Shown piece by piece: positions 61,961-64,000 of a stretch of DNA of 64,000 bases. Numbering within the stretch: the first letter of the stretch is position 1; every line of letters begins with the position of its first letter. Under the pieces are notes generated by a model. It was not told the DNA's origin and ran no database searches. It saw nothing but the letters and a program-made list of their open reading frames with translations. Source of the DNA: an uncultured Erysipelotrichaceae bacterium (GTDB taxonomy: Bacteria; Bacillota_I; Bacilli_A; RFN20; CAG-826); contig CADCNT010000011.1 of NCBI GenBank assembly GCA_902802905.1, positions 2,004 through 66,003 on the forward strand, read 5' to 3'. Both the position numbers and the translations under genes were made by a program.

Positions 61961-63865
61961 TTAATCCTTAATAATCGCACCAAACTTACAGTTGGATTGA
62001 CAGAGTCCACATTTCACACAGTTGGCTGGGTTAATTCTATGGACACGCATTGGTAAGGTTGCTGGCTTACCAGCTGGTACGATATCAGTCTTTTCAATTG
62101 TATTAGCAGGACAGTTTCTAGCACACATGCCACAGCCGACACATTTATCTTCTAAAATCTTATATTGCATCAAGTTCTTACAAACGTGAGCAGGACATTT
62201 CTTATCCACGATGTGAGCGAGGTATTCATCATAGAATGCCGCCATAGTGGAAAGAATTGGGTTAGGTGCAGTTTGACCTAAGCCACATAAGGAGTTGCTC
62301 TTAATGACATTAGCAAGGCTCTTGAGTTCTTCAAGGTCTTGCATAGTGCCTTTACCGTCAGTAATCTTGGTTAATAATTCTAAGCAACGTTTGGTGCCGA
62401 TTCTACATGGAGAACATTTACCACAGCTCTCATCACAAATAAATGTCATGTAGAACTTAGCAACGTCGACCATACAGTTGTCTTCATCCATAACGATCGC
62501 GCCACCACTACCCATCATGGAGCCAGCAGCGATTAAGTTATCGTAATCAATTGGGGTGTCTAAGTCTTTTTCAGTTAAACAGCCGCCAGATGGACCACCG
62601 GTTTGAATGGCTTTGAATTTCTTGCCATTTGGAATACCACCACCGATATCAAAGATTAATTGTCTTAAGGTAATTCCCATTGGAACTTCAACTAGACCAA
62701 CGTTATTGACTTTGCCACCTAAAGCAAACACTTTGGTACCTTTAGATTTTTCTGTACCAATAGCAGCGTAAGCTTCAAAACCATGTAATAAGATAAACGG
62801 AACGTTAGCTAAAGTTTCAACGTTATTAATAACGGATGGTTTGTCCCATAAGCCTTTTACAGCTGGGAAAGGTGGACGTGGACGAGGCATACCTCTTTTA
62901 CCTTCGATACTATTAAGAAGAGCAGTCTCTTCACCACAAACGAAGGCACCAGCACCTAATCTAATGTGACATCTAAATGAGAAATCAGTACCTAAGATAT
63001 GGTCACCCAATAATCCCATTTCTTCACATTGTTTAATCGCGTTTCTTAATCTTGCAACAGCGACTGGATATTCAGCACGAATATAGAAGTAACCATTTTG
63101 CGCACCAATCGCGTAGCCTTCAATCATCATACCTTCGATAACGTTAATTGGGTTACCTTCGATGATACTACGATCCATGAATGCTCCTGGGTCACCTTCG
63201 TCACCATTACAGACAACGTATTTTTCATCACACTTCACATCGTGAGCGAATTGCCACTTTCTTCCAGTTGGGAAGCCAGCGCCACCTCTACCACGAAGAC
63301 CACTCTTAAGAACTTCATCAATAACTTCTTGAGGATCCATATGGAGTGCTTTATTAAGCGCTAAGAAGGCACCTTCACCAATCGCTTCTTGAATATCTTC
63401 AGGATTGATTTCCGCATTACCTTTTAACGCGATATCTCTTTTTTGGAGTTTGTAGAATGGAATATCATGTTGCTTTGCCACTTTTTGATGTGATTGTGGA
63501 TCAACGAATAATAATCTTTCTACGACTTCACCACCGATGATGTCTTTTTCAATAATCTCATCAGCGTCTTCAACTTTCACTTTTGTGTATAAGGTTTCTT
63601 CTGGGAAGACTTTCACAAAAGGACCTTGGCTACAGAAACCAAAGCAACCAACGATGTTCGCAGTGACTTTGTCTTGTAAGCCTTTTTCTTTAATTAAGGT
63701 TTGTAATCTTTCTAATAGTTCTTTGCTAGAGCTACTTAAACAACCAGTACCACCACAGACGACGATAGCTTTTTTGCCTTCTTCACAATGGAATTTCTTG
63801 TCTAAGCATTTAGCTTCAGATTCATGGGCTTGAATTAATTGTTCACTAGATTTAATCTTAACCAT
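61961..63865 (-). CDS. hydB: NuoF-like flavoprotein subunit of the hydrogenase (HydB)
   Basis: GRGGAGFPTGRKW, C-terminal 2x[4Fe-4S] ferredoxin motifs (CVGCGMCARNCP, CVKCGLCQSNC). ATG 63865 preceded by AGAGGGGG. Confidence 0.9.
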   Translation of the reverse strand: MVKIKSSEQLIQAHESEAKCLDKKFHCEEGKKAIVVCGGTGCLSSSSKELLERLQTLIKEKGLQDKVTANIVGCFGFCSQGPFVKVFPEETLYTKVKVEDADEIIEKDIIGGEVVERLLFVDPQSHQKVAKQHDIPFYKLQKRDIALKGNAEINPEDIQEAIGEGAFLALNKALHMDPQEVIDEVLKSGLRGRGGAGFPTGRKWQFAHDVKCDEKYVVCNGDEGDPGAFMDRSIIEGNPINVIEGMMIEGYAIGAQNGYFYIRAEYPVAVARLRNAIKQCEEMGLLGDHILGTDFSFRCHIRLGAGAFVCGEETALLNSIEGKRGMPRPRPPFPAVKGLWDKPSVINNVETLANVPFILLHGFEAYAAIGTEKSKGTKVFALGGKVNNVGLVEVPMGITLRQLIFDIGGGIPNGKKFKAIQTGGPSGGCLTEKDLDTPIDYDNLIAAGSMMGSGGAIVMDEDNCMVDVAKFYMTFICDESCGKCSPCRIGTKRCLELLTKITDGKGTMQDLEELKSLANVIKSNSLCGLGQTAPNPILSTMAAFYDEYLAHIVDKKCPAHVCKNLMQYKILEDKCVGCGMCARNCPANTIEKTDIVPAGKPATLPMRVHRINPANCVKCGLCQSNCKFGAIIKD

Positions 63866-63866
63866 C

Positions 63867-64000
63867 TTATTTTGCCCCCTCTTTCGCTCTAATATCATTT
63901 ATGATCTTCTCAACTTGGCTTACTTGCACCATTGGATGGACCTTACCATTAATAGACACTGCTGGAGCAATTGCACATGCACCAACACATCTAAGAGCGT
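63867..64000 (-). CDS. hydC: NuoE-like [2Fe-2S] subunit (HydC), C-terminal fragment (5' end beyond the window)
   Basis: Hand translation gives ...ALRCVGACAIAPAVSINGKVHPMVQVSQVEKIINDIRAKEGAK*, with stop TAA at 63869-63867. Confidence 0.8.
   Translation of the reverse strand, partial: ALRCVGACAIAPAVSINGKVHPMVQVSQVEKIINDIRAKEGAK

Overview
Low-GC chromosome segment that uses the standard genetic code (TGA acts as a stop inside ATGA gene overlaps). The gene content fits an anaerobic Bacillota / Mollicutes-related organism. All but two of about 57 genes lie on the minus strand.

Layout, left to right:
(1) 1-19457: a surface-protein region. It holds a LacI-family regulator, a cytoplasmic GH30 hydrolase and several secreted Ig-domain proteins. 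Three of these are tandem, monocistronic giant paralogs (6175-16496) with near-identical signal peptides and an LPXTG-less C-terminal TM anchor ending in RKKK. They are interrupted by a plus-strand protein made only of NUMOD1 repeats.
(2) 19477-24795: an overlapping pair of divergent AAA+/DUF4143-type ATPase-nuclease genes plus a KAP P-loop NTPase. This is my best candidate for an undescribed defence-like module. It has three 33-bp-phased palindromic operators and an apparently leaderless promoter.
(3) 25129-45106: a very AT-rich Wzx/Wzy-type polysaccharide locus (rfbBCA, PglF/PglC-like initiation genes, aminotransferase, acetyltransferases, three GT4 enzymes, Wzx, Wzy, Wzz-like protein, VanZ-Ig fusion).
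(4) 45504-48946: a third ATPase-nuclease paralog, a four-tRNA operon (Ile, Val, Thr, Leu) and an orphan HipA-like kinase. The kinase promoter is covered by five exactly 12-bp-phased GGGGTTA repeats.
(5) 49035-64000: core genes (rpsI, rplM, yebC, truA, ecfTA2A1, sigH-like, rlmB, cysS, hydABC). A roughly 4-kb toxin-antitoxin-rich stretch sits between truA and rplM.

I found no rRNA gene, CRISPR array, integrase or transposase. Protein-family calls come from motif recognition by eye, not from database searches. Coordinates of small sites were counted by hand.
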